The translations under genes and the position numbers were made by a program. DNA of 52,900 bases, taken from IMG/VR virus record IMGVR_UViG_3300025118_000020, positions 1 to 52,900 of that record; one strand, given 5' to 3'. Under the pieces are notes generated by a model, which was not told the origin of the DNA, searched no databases, and was given only the letters and a program-made list of their open reading frames with translations. Below are positions 18,335 through 27,561 of this stretch, in pieces. This DNA comes from a virus (lineage: Duplodnaviria; Caudoviricetes). Numbering within the stretch: position 1 is the stretch's first letter; every line of letters begins with the position of its first letter.

Positions 18335-20327
18335 CTCTTTTCTCCATTTTAGAAATCAAATCTCTAATCTCTTTGTTTACTTCAAAAAGTATTTTTTCTT
18401 CATTATAAATAGTCTCTTGTTCTTCTGTTATACCCTTTGTCATCTGCTTGAGAGGTGAATAACCCGGGTAGAGTGTTCTGGGGGTTGATTTTGTTTTTTC
18501 GTTGCCCCATTTCGCTTTAATATTCTTCTTTCTCGGGCCCGTACTCTCGCGGCCATCACTTGTTACTGGTTTGTACCACTTGCCCTTTGATTTAGAGGTT
18601 GTAGTTTGCTCAGACCTCCCAAATGCGCCCTTCTTTTTAATTTTATGCCTTCCTTCTTCATCTCGCTTTGGTGGTTCGGCCAAGAGAAGATCATCGCCGG
18701 GAATTTCCTCCTCTTCACCCTCAAGGCCCTCAAGACCCTCAAGACCCTCTTCACCTTCGAGTTCTTCGCCACCAAGCTCTCCCTCAAGACCCTCTTCACC
18801 ACCAAGCTCTCCCTCAAGACCACCCTCTCCTGTCGCCCCGGCCAACGCTTCCGATGCCTCGTCAGCAGCAGCTTCAAGGGCGGCTTCGAGCTTGCGATCA
18901 TAGAACATTTCGCGCTGATTACGTAAGATTTCTTCATCTGAGAGATTAAAGATGTTTTTTGCAACCCACTGTCTACTAAAATAACCCTCTGTTGCGCCGG
19001 CGGCAATATCAAATTTAAGTTTCCAGTGTTCAAGCTCTTGCATTGCTGCAATTTTTGAAGGATTGTTAAGGGACAGGCTAAAAGAAATTAAATCTTTCGC
19101 CCTATAGCCAAGAATATATAAATGAATAATACCAACCTTCTCTAGCTCAGTTATAATCGATCTCTGCAATCTTTGAATCGTCCTTGCAAAGCGAATATCT
19201 TTTTGTGCCAAGGTTGTTTTGTCCTCTTCGCTCTCGGCGGAGTTCGAAAGATAAGATGCGGGAATCTTTAACGCTGAAAAGAGTTTATCTCTCAGGTATT
19301 TTACATCATCAACGTCCCCTGTCCAAGAACCCCCCGCAAGTGTTTCAATCCTTGAAGTATTGCCACCTCTCGTTGGAATATAATAATCTTCTTCAATACT
19401 CAGAGGATTATATCGTAAGTCAACACGGCCCGTGTCTTGGTTAACAACCTGATTTCGCTTCATCTGCGTAACAACTTTCTGCATGTATTGTTCAATTTCA
19501 TTTGGCGGAATGGCACCAACATCAATATAAAACACACGTCGTTCTGGGGATCTCACAATGCGATATGCCATCATCGCATCTTCAAGGAGGGTTAACTGTC
19601 GCCAGATTCTCCTTGCGGGGTCCAGGACCGAAGTTCCATACGGGGCGAATTTATCATTTCCTAAAATACGAAAATGAGCGACTTGCCAATTTTCAAAAGT
19701 CATCCCACCAGAGTTCCACTGGTACTGGACGTAGTTTGGGTTCGTTGGATCTTCGCCTTCGAGCCTCTCAATTTCGTGGGCTGGGAGGCCAATGGCATTT
19801 TTAACGCCGTGCTCCTCATCAATATCAAGATAAAGAAAGAAGTCCCCGAACTTGCACAAAGACCGACACCAGCCAAAAAGATTAAATTCAAGATTCAATA
19901 TATTTTCGTAAAGAGCATATAAAATTGATTTAAGCTCTTGGTTCGGGCACTCAATTTTAAGAAGGGGCTGCAACTCGCTCGATGTTGTCATCTCGTCGGC
20001 ATAAATATCCATTGCGCTCGCAATCTCAGGAGTGTACTCCATCTGATTAAAGTCCGCATATCTTTCAGAGCGGTTCTGAGTGGCAAGAATGTTTGCGTGA
20101 AGATGATCAAGTGGATTGTAGGTTGTTTTCTTAAACTGCTGTCCGCTCATAGAACGAAAGCGGTATTTATCCATCTTCCGTCTTGTCAAATCCCTCTCTG
20201 TCTGTGTACGATAATTTACTATCGGACCAGAAAATAACTTTGTTAATTTTTTAAAAAGTTCAGATTTTGAATTTCTTGGATTGTTGTCCCGATTTATTCT
20301 TCGCCTGTTGTTGTAATAGCCAGCCAT
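18315..20327 (-). CDS. Portal protein (T4 gp20-like) with extended acidic then basic C-terminal tail
   Basis: LLEDAMMAYRIVRSPERRVFYIDVG, EDYYIPTRG and LFSALKIP..L..DIRFARTIQRLQ are gp20 signatures. Confidence 0.95.
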   Translation of the reverse strand: MAGYYNNRRRINRDNNPRNSKSELFKKLTKLFSGPIVNYRTQTERDLTRRKMDKYRFRSMSGQQFKKTTYNPLDHLHANILATQNRSERYADFNQMEYTPEIASAMDIYADEMTTSSELQPLLKIECPNQELKSILYALYENILNLEFNLFGWCRSLCKFGDFFLYLDIDEEHGVKNAIGLPAHEIERLEGEDPTNPNYVQYQWNSGGMTFENWQVAHFRILGNDKFAPYGTSVLDPARRIWRQLTLLEDAMMAYRIVRSPERRVFYIDVGAIPPNEIEQYMQKVVTQMKRNQVVNQDTGRVDLRYNPLSIEEDYYIPTRGGNTSRIETLAGGSWTGDVDDVKYLRDKLFSALKIPASYLSNSAESEEDKTTLAQKDIRFARTIQRLQRSIITELEKVGIIHLYILGYRAKDLISFSLSLNNPSKIAAMQELEHWKLKFDIAAGATEGYFSRQWVAKNIFNLSDEEILRNQREMFYDRKLEAALEAAADEASEALAGATGEGGLEGELGGEEGLEGELGGEELEGEEGLEGLEGLEGEEEEIPGDDLLLAEPPKRDEEGRHKIKKKGAFGRSEQTTTSKSKGKWYKPVTSDGRESTGPRKKNIKAKWGNEKTKSTPRTLYPGYSPLKQMTKGITEEQETIYNEEKILFEVNKEIRDLISKMEKRDEAQTQ
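18712..18830. repeat. Coding tandem repeats in the portal tail (GLEGELGGEE / GLE units)
   Basis: 23-nt exact repeat ccaccaagctctccctcaagacc at 18769 and 18799 (period 30), plus 9-nt ccctcaag(a/g) units from about 18718. Confidence 0.85.
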
Positions 20328-20330
20328 TTT

Positions 20331-21908
20331 TTATCCCTTGTAAAGCCAAAAAAACTCTTTTACTTGTTTTTGGTGTTCACTCATACTATCAGATATTTGA
20401 GTAGATTTATAGCCTTTCTGGCCCGGAATCGTCGCATTAAATGTTGAATTTGACTTGAATACTGATCGAAGAGTCGCTTTTGAATACTCGATCTCTTGTT
20501 TATTAGCAACCAATGCAGTATCCCTCACCCAACAACCAATTGCGCAAGACATAATTAAGTCGTCATGATAACTTCTTTGTGCCTGCGGTTTTCCATTGTT
20601 CCAAATGAACGTTGTCATCTCGCTCAACATTCGTTTAGAATATATGGTAATTAGTTGGTTTCTAACGAATTCTTCAAGTTTAGCGATGATAAGAGGTCTT
20701 GTTTTGTTTGTGGTTGAGAAGCCAGCCACTGCACTGTTATTGTTTTGTGCAGAGATTGGGTCTATGAATTCATGAGTGGATTTAACAGAATAATAAATAT
20801 TTGGATATTCCTTGTCTCGCAGCTTTTCCAAGACGGCAAATCCAACAGAATTGTTTTCTACGACCATCAGGCAGTTCCCATACTCTTTGCCCGTGTTATA
20901 AAGTATTTCACTAAAAAAGTCTAATGTGATCTTCCCATGATATTCGGCTACGATCTCCATCGTTTCTAATTTAAAAACAAGAAAAGCAGAATAGTCATTA
21001 GCGTCACCTCTCGCAACATCTGCGGAAATCATATAAGAATTAGTTGATTGGTGTTCTTCCCAGATCCAAAGATTTCTATCCACCCCCGTTCTATATTTTG
21101 GATCTTGGACCCTATCGCGGACGCGGTCAATATCATCCGCATGGAAGACTGTCTCACCGGAAGTATTGAAATTACACTCTAATTCCTGTGCAATTTGCCT
21201 GCGAGACATATTTCTAGTTTCTTTATCATACCACGCTTTGTCGCGGTCAGGGTGAGCATCCCACTTGAGCATCGTGGGATAAAAATCATTCTCCCCGGCT
21301 TCCGATTCGGCATATGCTTTATGAAACCAATTGCCAACACCATTCGGAGTTGAAAGAGCTATACATCGACCGCCAGTAGAAAGAGTTGGATATAGACCAG
21401 TCCACAACTCACTCATATTTTCAACGTGCGCGGCCTCATCGACAATTAAAAGAGACAACGCTTCTGAGCGACCGGCATCGCCGCTGGTGGAGATTGCTTT
21501 TATCTGGGAGCCGTTCGAAAGCTCAAAACTTGCCCGGTTATCCACGGAGATATCTGCGACGCGAATCCAATTAGGTAAATTTTTCATTATGGCTTTCACT
21601 TTCTTGACCAAGTTGGATGCGGTGCCAAACTTGGTTGCCATAACAATAATATTTTTATCACGGTAGAACAACATCAACCACGCAGCATAAGCAGCGGTGA
21701 TTGTTGAAATGCCGAGCTGTCGCGCTTTCAAGATAACATTAAAGCGGTAATCGTTAAAATCGCCTAACAGTTGTGCTTGAAAATCGTAAGTTTTAAATGG
21801 AATCAGTCCCTCAATGGGGTGAGAGATCTTTACATAATTATTTACAAAATAATCAGGGTTCTTTCCGGACTTAAGTATTTCTGCGACAATTTCTTTTTTT
21901 GTGAGCAT
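20331..21908 (-). CDS. terL: Terminase large subunit (gp17-like)
   Basis: KARQLGIST (Walker A), LIVDEAAH (Walker B), STPNG, nuclease-domain ADVARG and HDDLIMS. Confidence 0.95.
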   Translation of the reverse strand: MLTKKEIVAEILKSGKNPDYFVNNYVKISHPIEGLIPFKTYDFQAQLLGDFNDYRFNVILKARQLGISTITAAYAAWLMLFYRDKNIIVMATKFGTASNLVKKVKAIMKNLPNWIRVADISVDNRASFELSNGSQIKAISTSGDAGRSEALSLLIVDEAAHVENMSELWTGLYPTLSTGGRCIALSTPNGVGNWFHKAYAESEAGENDFYPTMLKWDAHPDRDKAWYDKETRNMSRRQIAQELECNFNTSGETVFHADDIDRVRDRVQDPKYRTGVDRNLWIWEEHQSTNSYMISADVARGDANDYSAFLVFKLETMEIVAEYHGKITLDFFSEILYNTGKEYGNCLMVVENNSVGFAVLEKLRDKEYPNIYYSVKSTHEFIDPISAQNNNSAVAGFSTTNKTRPLIIAKLEEFVRNQLITIYSKRMLSEMTTFIWNNGKPQAQRSYHDDLIMSCAIGCWVRDTALVANKQEIEYSKATLRSVFKSNSTFNATIPGQKGYKSTQISDSMSEHQKQVKEFFWLYKG

Positions 21909-21914
21909 GCCATT

Positions 21915-22325
21915 TTAATCCAAGTCCATATAATTGGGGTGTTCACGATCTTGAGGCATATAAGAAGCGAGGTTTATGCCAATCTTCTCTTTAACCTCGT
22001 CGAAAACCAGAAGAAGAATTTCTTCAACTTGCTCGTCAGTAAGTCTGCCACCAATACCGCCGGGTCCCTGTGTCGCCTTATTCCCAAAAAATCTTATAAT
22101 TTTACGAATCTTCTTTTCATCATAGATGGACAGCATTTCCATCAGTGTGGCTTTCATAATTTGTTCGTAGATGTTTTCTATTGGAAGGGCATCGGGCCGG
22201 TTCGCCAGTTCGTTATCAAAGGGGTGGATGGTCATCCCCGGTTGGCCTGGGGAAAAGTTTTCATTGATCGCCCGCTTTATTTCTTTTCTGACGAGGTTCT
22301 CTAAGCTACTTTTATTTATTTTCAT
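21915..22325 (-). CDS. Hypothetical protein (136 aa) with MKINKSSLENLVRKEI leader
   Basis: ATG at 22325 forms an ATGA overlap with the upstream stop. Confidence 0.7.
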   Translation of the reverse strand: MKINKSSLENLVRKEIKRAINENFSPGQPGMTIHPFDNELANRPDALPIENIYEQIMKATLMEMLSIYDEKKIRKIIRFFGNKATQGPGGIGGRLTDEQVEEILLLVFDEVKEKIGINLASYMPQDREHPNYMDLD

Positions 22326-22888
22326 CGTTTCAGATTCCAAGGCATAAAGGTGGGCGGCTCTTTATCCTTCGAGGTATCATTCTTCGGCCTCTTGGTGGTG
22401 TCCTGCTCCAACCAATCTTTAAAATTCTTTTCGAGCCTGTCCTCGGATGGTTCTTTTACACCCCCGACATCCTTAATTCCACCAATCTTAAAATATTGAT
22501 GAGCCATGACCCAGCAACGAATACGATTCATATATTCCATTCTTGCTTCCAACTCACTATCCTTTGTCAGGGTGAGGGTATTTCCTGTAATACGTTTATA
22601 TTCTTTTTTAAGAAACTTGGCAATGTCAGCAATCATCTGCTCAATCTCACCTTCGAGCTTGTCGCCCTTTACGTCCCTGATATTGATTTCAGAATGATAA
22701 TGGATACAAAGAAGCGGCCCATAAAACCTCACGCTGAATCCGTCCATCACTCGCTTATCGAGAATAGGGTTTCCTTCCTCTCTCTTCAAACCAACCTTAA
22801 TCGGTTCGCCTTTGTCGTCGAGGGCTCCATCATAAACATTTGCGGCTGCTTGCGCGATGCCATTAATAATTTCAAGTGTTGTTGACAT
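22322..22888 (-). CDS. Hypothetical protein (188 aa)
   Basis: ATG at 22888 follows AAGGAG and lies just after the upstream stop; the longer ORF-track start (22993) overlaps the previous gene. Confidence 0.75.
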   Translation of the reverse strand: MSTTLEIINGIAQAAANVYDGALDDKGEPIKVGLKREEGNPILDKRVMDGFSVRFYGPLLCIHYHSEINIRDVKGDKLEGEIEQMIADIAKFLKKEYKRITGNTLTLTKDSELEARMEYMNRIRCWVMAHQYFKIGGIKDVGGVKEPSEDRLEKNFKDWLEQDTTKRPKNDTSKDKEPPTFMPWNLKR

Positions 22889-22890
22889 TT

Positions 22891-23295
22891 TTACCAAATT
22901 CTCCTTGAAGCATCTTGCTTCTCCGGGCGCCAGCCCGATTCCCAACGTTCTTCTCTGCCCTCGACCCATTGAATGTAGCAAGTATAGCAACATTCAAATT
23001 TATTCATATAGAGATCGTCTTTCATCTCAAAAGAATAAGTCTCGCAGACAGGACAAGCCCGTTTCGAATCCTTATTAAGTAGTTTTTTAGATATAAAAAA
23101 GCCATTAACTTCTATCTTGTCTTTGGCCTCACTTATTTTGCGTTGCTTTTGCTGGATTTTCTTTATTTGTTCAAGGTATTCTTTTTCTTTTTCCTCGGAC
23201 CAATTGGCCTTTGGGTTTTGGATTGCCTCTTCGCCATACTTGTCTCCGATGGCTTGTTCGACTTTGGCGATAAAATTGTAATCTTTTTCAGTCAT
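22891..23295 (-). CDS. Hypothetical protein with putative zinc-binding motif
   Basis: 134 aa with CPVC...CCYTC. Confidence 0.75.
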   Translation of the reverse strand: MTEKDYNFIAKVEQAIGDKYGEEAIQNPKANWSEEKEKEYLEQIKKIQQKQRKISEAKDKIEVNGFFISKKLLNKDSKRACPVCETYSFEMKDDLYMNKFECCYTCYIQWVEGREERWESGWRPEKQDASRRIW

Positions 23296-23298
23296 TAT

Positions 23299-24153
23299 TT
23301 ATGATCCGTCGCTCAACTCCAAAAAGTGACATTCATAAATTTCAAGCTCGTGTTCTTCGCCTGATGTGTAATCGGCCTGAAACTCTGGGCGCCAGCCGGA
23401 GGCGTAGGGCGAAGTGCCAGAGTTCCTGTCGTCGAAGATGCGTCCCGAGACCTCGTCAGGGTAGGGGATCTCCTGTACTATGTTAAGTGAAGTTGCGCTC
23501 GTCTCATTGTAAACCCACCAGATCCATTTTTTGGTGCTTAAATCTATGGTGCCATTACCACCGACCGCAAATATAGTTTTACCAAGCGTTGCGCTGGAAC
23601 AGAAATCAATCGTCCCGTGTCGTGCCTCGCCGCCCGTATAACCCCTGATCCCGTCTGCTTGCGTGCCCGCCGTCACTTTAACTTCGGCAACAGCTAGTTG
23701 GATGTTGGGTCCCGTATAACCCGAGGTCCAAAAATCAATCTCTGCTCGACCAGGGTGAGCTGCGCCGCTGTTTAAGATCAGTGGGCTGCCTGCCCCGGTC
23801 TTGGTTACGGTTCCGGCCCCGGACGTATTAGATGTAATCCAACCTCGATCCGTGACGGCAGTGACGTTGGCATCGGCAAGAAGAATGGCGGATTTTTTTC
23901 CGGCGGTATGAGAAAGATACCCTACAATTTGGCCATACAGGTGAGCCGGCACCCATACGGGCCGACCCACAGTAGCATCTAAATAAGCACGCCACGCTTC
24001 GCCGGCGTCGGCTGTTTCTGCCCAATCCCCGGTTGTTACGCCTGTGCGGGGTAATGAACTATAATTTGCATAAGATTGAGCACCTGCCGAGACAACATTG
24101 ATAAACGACTTCAAATTCGAAGCACCGGTTGTCATTATTTTTTTTATACCCAT
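23299..24153 (-). CDS. Hypothetical protein, possible fibre/decoration protein (284 aa)
   Basis: GAGGAG RBS; Gly/Thr/Ala-rich beta-type sequence; visibly GC-richer than its neighbours. Confidence 0.65.
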   Translation of the reverse strand: MGIKKIMTTGASNLKSFINVVSAGAQSYANYSSLPRTGVTTGDWAETADAGEAWRAYLDATVGRPVWVPAHLYGQIVGYLSHTAGKKSAILLADANVTAVTDRGWITSNTSGAGTVTKTGAGSPLILNSGAAHPGRAEIDFWTSGYTGPNIQLAVAEVKVTAGTQADGIRGYTGGEARHGTIDFCSSATLGKTIFAVGGNGTIDLSTKKWIWWVYNETSATSLNIVQEIPYPDEVSGRIFDDRNSGTSPYASGWRPEFQADYTSGEEHELEIYECHFLELSDGS

Positions 24154-24165
24154 TTTTTATTCTCC

Positions 24166-24627
24166 TCACTTACCAAGTGCATCCGATGCCGCATATAGGA
24201 CTCCAAGACAGAGCACGACACCAGATAAAAAACCCCCAGCATACCACCAGATTGAATAGTCTTTCTTATCAATCGCAATTTCTCTTAAAACCTGAATCTC
24301 ATTATCCTTAATTTCAAGTATGTTATCATATTTAAATTGCAAGCTATCAAAGCTTGCCTGTAAGCTGTCATATTTAAGTCCCCACTCTGCGTCTTTCTTC
24401 TTACCTAAATAGTCTAGTTCAAGCTTGAAGCGCTCGGAATCTATTTCCATTTTTGCCATCATCTGTGCGAAAGCATACGGATCTAAGAGGAGGCCGTCAA
24501 ACGGGGCAATATCTCCTCTTTTAAGATTGGTGATTTCGGGTTTAGATTGTGGGTCTTGTTGGGCTAAGATTGCCGTGGGTGCGAGTATGATTGTGATGGA
24601 AAGAAGTATCGAGATTAATTGTTTCAT
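24166..24627 (-). CDS. Exported protein with signal peptide, coiled coil and C-terminal TM helix; spanin-like candidate
   Basis: MKQLISILLSITIILAPTAILA signal, central heptad-like region, C-terminal WWYAGGFLSGVVLCLGVLYAA; no lipobox Cys. Confidence 0.6.
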   Translation of the reverse strand: MKQLISILLSITIILAPTAILAQQDPQSKPEITNLKRGDIAPFDGLLLDPYAFAQMMAKMEIDSERFKLELDYLGKKKDAEWGLKYDSLQASFDSLQFKYDNILEIKDNEIQVLREIAIDKKDYSIWWYAGGFLSGVVLCLGVLYAASDALGK

Positions 24628-24640
24628 TTTTCCTCATTGG

Positions 24641-25576
24641 TTAATTGCCGAGTGCGATGTCGGCCAGTGTATCGAAGTTGGCTGCGGTGAGATTTGAATT
24701 CACGACGGCGCCATACTTAAGTTTTGTCCCGATGGGACCGGCTGTGACGTAGCCCCAAAAATATGTCCAGACTATTCCTGTATCCGGCTTATTCGAGCAG
24801 GAGGCAGTATAAAATGTATGCCCCGAGCCATCTAAGGTTTGTTTCCACCTGATGGTTGCTTCGTTTGCAGCCTCATCGTAAGAAATAAATAAAACAGTTC
24901 GGCGGGGGGTTAGCGCATCAATATATGTTGTTACACAATCAGTGGCGAGGCCGGCTCCTGAGTGTGTCCCGGTGGCCGCAGATAAATTAACAGCTGCAGC
25001 AGTAGAGTGGTACAAATATCGGGAAGAAAAGACGCCGGCTAAACCACCTGGGGACTTCGCTCCCGCAAAAAACCACCCCCAAGCATTTTGAGTTCCTGCG
25101 GTATTGCCAAAATTAACATATCTACTTCCCACATCGGCGACATCTACATCAAACACAAAAATGTAAGTTCGATCTACATCCATTATAATGTCAGAATCAG
25201 TATAACCGGCGAGCAGGTGATCATTTCCAGCGGCAACTTCAAAATAACCATCAAATCCGCCTACTGAGTCAGCAGATATGGTTGCAGTCTGATTAGTTGG
25301 GATCAAGTCCCTGCCAGCGTTCACGGACGTGCCAGTGCTTGTGCCGTCCCCCTCGGAAAAAGTATATTCCAGGATGGGGTCAATTATATCTCTTAGTGCA
25401 GTTTTAAATGGGTCTGCAGGTTCAGGGGGGGCTCCTCCTCCGCCGCCACCAGTTATCACCGAGCGGGCTTCTTGAGTCATGGTTGCTATTGATAAAGCTG
25501 CACCACCAAAGCCGCCGCCGCCTCCAGTTCTTCTGCTGATGCTCTGGCCGGTTATAAAACCACTACTAAAACTCAC
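24641..25576 (-). CDS. Hypothetical protein with Gly-rich N-terminus and beta-rich C-terminal domain (possible lectin-like virion appendage)
   Basis: GTG start in GTGA overlap after GGAG; poly-Gly linkers followed by a globular domain. Confidence 0.65.
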   Translation of the reverse strand: MSFSSGFITGQSISRRTGGGGGFGGAALSIATMTQEARSVITGGGGGGAPPEPADPFKTALRDIIDPILEYTFSEGDGTSTGTSVNAGRDLIPTNQTATISADSVGGFDGYFEVAAGNDHLLAGYTDSDIIMDVDRTYIFVFDVDVADVGSRYVNFGNTAGTQNAWGWFFAGAKSPGGLAGVFSSRYLYHSTAAAVNLSAATGTHSGAGLATDCVTTYIDALTPRRTVLFISYDEAANEATIRWKQTLDGSGHTFYTASCSNKPDTGIVWTYFWGYVTAGPIGTKLKYGAVVNSNLTAANFDTLADIALGN

Positions 25577-25986
25577 TGTTCGTTCTCCACATATTCAAAT
25601 CCAAATTTATCAGCGATCTCTCTGGCATACGCTTCTGGATCTGAATGGTACTTTTCAGCTAATTCCTTAATCAGCCGCTTTTCCTTAGTAAGTAGTTCTT
25701 CGTTTTTTCGCTTCCGTTCTTCTTCGAGCTTTTCGATGGTTTCTTGATACCTTTTTAAAATTTTATCTCTTTTTTTGATCTCGATCTCATGGGCTTCATT
25801 GAGAACATCGATTTGGCCTCGATAACTTTCTTCTGCTGCGAAGAGAATATCGGCAATGCTCGTTCCCGAGTTTCTGAATACCAGCCAAGCGATAATAGCC
25901 CAGGATATAAGGAGGGGGATGTACCAGTAAGTCTTGAAAAAATACCAGACTTTTTTAAAAATTGTTTTTATGGATAGCCATGTCAT
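25573..25986 (-). CDS. Putative inner-membrane spanin (Rz-like)
   Basis: Single N-terminal TM (YWYIPLLISWAIIAWLVF) followed by a charged coiled coil; directly after the holin-like gene. Confidence 0.55.
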   Translation of the reverse strand: MTWLSIKTIFKKVWYFFKTYWYIPLLISWAIIAWLVFRNSGTSIADILFAAEESYRGQIDVLNEAHEIEIKKRDKILKRYQETIEKLEEERKRKNEELLTKEKRLIKELAEKYHSDPEAYAREIADKFGFEYVENEQ

Positions 25987-25988
25987 TT

Positions 25989-26198
25989 CTAGTCCTGGGG
26001 CGTGTTCTTCCCCGCTGCCTTCCAGCGAACTGCGATGTCAGCGAAACCTTCAACGCCTACGTACGCGAGGGCGACGGCAACCCATTGTTCGCTGGTGATT
26101 AAGTCTGCAACCAAAAAACCAGTCGAGACGAGCCAAACGAAAAGCTTGCGGCTGATCAGCTTGGCGAGCCACTTATCGACTACTTGCCTAGCCATCAT
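25989..26198 (-). CDS. Putative holin
   Basis: 69 aa, SRK motif followed by two hydrophobic helices and a charged C-terminus. Confidence 0.6.
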   Translation of the reverse strand: MMARQVVDKWLAKLISRKLFVWLVSTGFLVADLITSEQWVAVALAYVGVEGFADIAVRWKAAGKNTPQD

Positions 26199-27073
26199 GA
26201 GTTCTCTACCCAGGTTGAATCTGGATTGAAATAAATTACGTTTGGTGTGTCAGTACAATGACCAACAATTCTTACATAAGAATCTGATGCTTCCGGGGGT
26301 GTGCAAGTCATCATCCCCGAGTAGGATCCCGAATAAATATAAACTGCCGAGCCTGTGGCCCACGAACCGGTCCACGCAGGCGAAACCATACCGGGGATCG
26401 GGGATCCAGAGTACACTTCCTGATATCCACGAACAAGCATCCCGCTGCCCGTCGCGGCGAGGCCCTGCGCAATCCCCAAGAGAGAAGCGTTGCCTGCGCC
26501 AGTTGTCCCCAAAGACCCCGTGGCATTGGCATTCACCATCTCCCAACCACCATCTGTATTGAGATAATATAAAGACCCGTATGTTGTGGAGCCAGTTCCA
26601 AAAAAGACGACTTCGCCGCCGCCCCCGCCGAACGGAACCGACCCGGCTGTGCCCATATGAACGGGGCTTCCTGATCCCGTATAGTGCACTTCAAAAGTAA
26701 TCAATGGCTCCACGGGCATAGCTGGGTTCTGGGGGGCGCCGTACACGAGCCCACAGCCGTTAGATAGAGAAAAAGATGAGTTGCCGTCAGTCAGCGAAAT
26801 TGTACCGGGGTCTGCGGGTTGGCCGAGGGAGTCGAGCCCAATACGAAGTGATCCTGTGCCATCTGATAGAGTGCCTGTTTCAACCCAGGCTTCAAACTGC
26901 CCTGCAATGATATTAACTTCGTTGGCAGCTGATCCCGAAATAAGCACAGAACCCGTGAACTGATGATCATTCGCTACGGAATTACCCATAACGGTCGATC
27001 TCTGAAAGCCGTCAGCGGGCTTCAAATATAACGTTGTTCCGCTTTGTGATAATTCAGTTTGATAATCAGCCAT
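26195..27073 (-). CDS. Putative virion fibre/decoration protein (292 aa)
   Basis: Gly/Ser/Thr-rich with many TGS/SGS motifs; C-terminal YVRIVGHC..IYFNPD..WVE. Confidence 0.65.
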   Translation of the reverse strand: MADYQTELSQSGTTLYLKPADGFQRSTVMGNSVANDHQFTGSVLISGSAANEVNIIAGQFEAWVETGTLSDGTGSLRIGLDSLGQPADPGTISLTDGNSSFSLSNGCGLVYGAPQNPAMPVEPLITFEVHYTGSGSPVHMGTAGSVPFGGGGGEVVFFGTGSTTYGSLYYLNTDGGWEMVNANATGSLGTTGAGNASLLGIAQGLAATGSGMLVRGYQEVYSGSPIPGMVSPAWTGSWATGSAVYIYSGSYSGMMTCTPPEASDSYVRIVGHCTDTPNVIYFNPDSTWVENS

Positions 27074-27084
27074 TTATTAAATTC

Positions 27085-27561
27085 CTATACGATAGCGATG
27101 GAGTGCCATTCATTACTCGCAGCACAACCAGCAATAAGTATTACTGCACCATAATTTGCAGACAAGCTAAAAGAAGTATTTGATCCATCAATAGTATCCG
27201 CAACATTTGCAGCGATAGTAATTGGATTGGTTGCAGATAGGCCACCTGCGTCCTTGATCACAAAGACCCTACCTTCATTTGCTGCCACGGTTGGCAAGTC
27301 TATGGTTAATATACCGCCAGTCGAATTAGCCAAAAATACAACGTCGTCAGCAACGGGGGAGTGTGGAGTACCCACGTGTGTTACACAATTTACTGTCCAA
27401 TTTACTGCTGCCAAGATTGCCTCCAAAAAGATCCGCCTTATGACAGGGGGATTATCTTTTAAACCCAAAAAAAAGGGCACTTGATCAAGGAGAGTGCCTC
27501 TTTGGGCCGTTAAATTTAAATAGTGTGTTAGGGTAAAATCATCATTTCTGTCAGTTGTCAT
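27085..27561 (-). CDS. Putative virion fibre-type protein (158 aa)
   Basis: C-terminal TIDLP..GRVFVIKD..NPITI..DTIDG..YGAVILI module seen in phage fibre proteins. Confidence 0.65.
   Translation of the reverse strand: MTTDRNDDFTLTHYLNLTAQRGTLLDQVPFFLGLKDNPPVIRRIFLEAILAAVNWTVNCVTHVGTPHSPVADDVVFLANSTGGILTIDLPTVAANEGRVFVIKDAGGLSATNPITIAANVADTIDGSNTSFSLSANYGAVILIAGCAASNEWHSIAIV

Noticed and set aside
18712-18830. Possible CRISPR-like or regulatory repeat
   Set aside because: Only two 23-nt copies plus 9-nt units, in frame within the portal gene, with no spacers or cas genes.
20331-21908. Intein or intron in terminase (also considered for primase, portal and capsid)
   Set aside because: Motifs are contiguous and no intein-like termini or homing endonuclease motifs were seen.
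22889-22993. Longer ORF-track starts here and at 15562, 22340, 28022 and 31167
   Set aside because: Downstream ATGs have an RBS or a stop/start overlap; the extensions overlap upstream genes.
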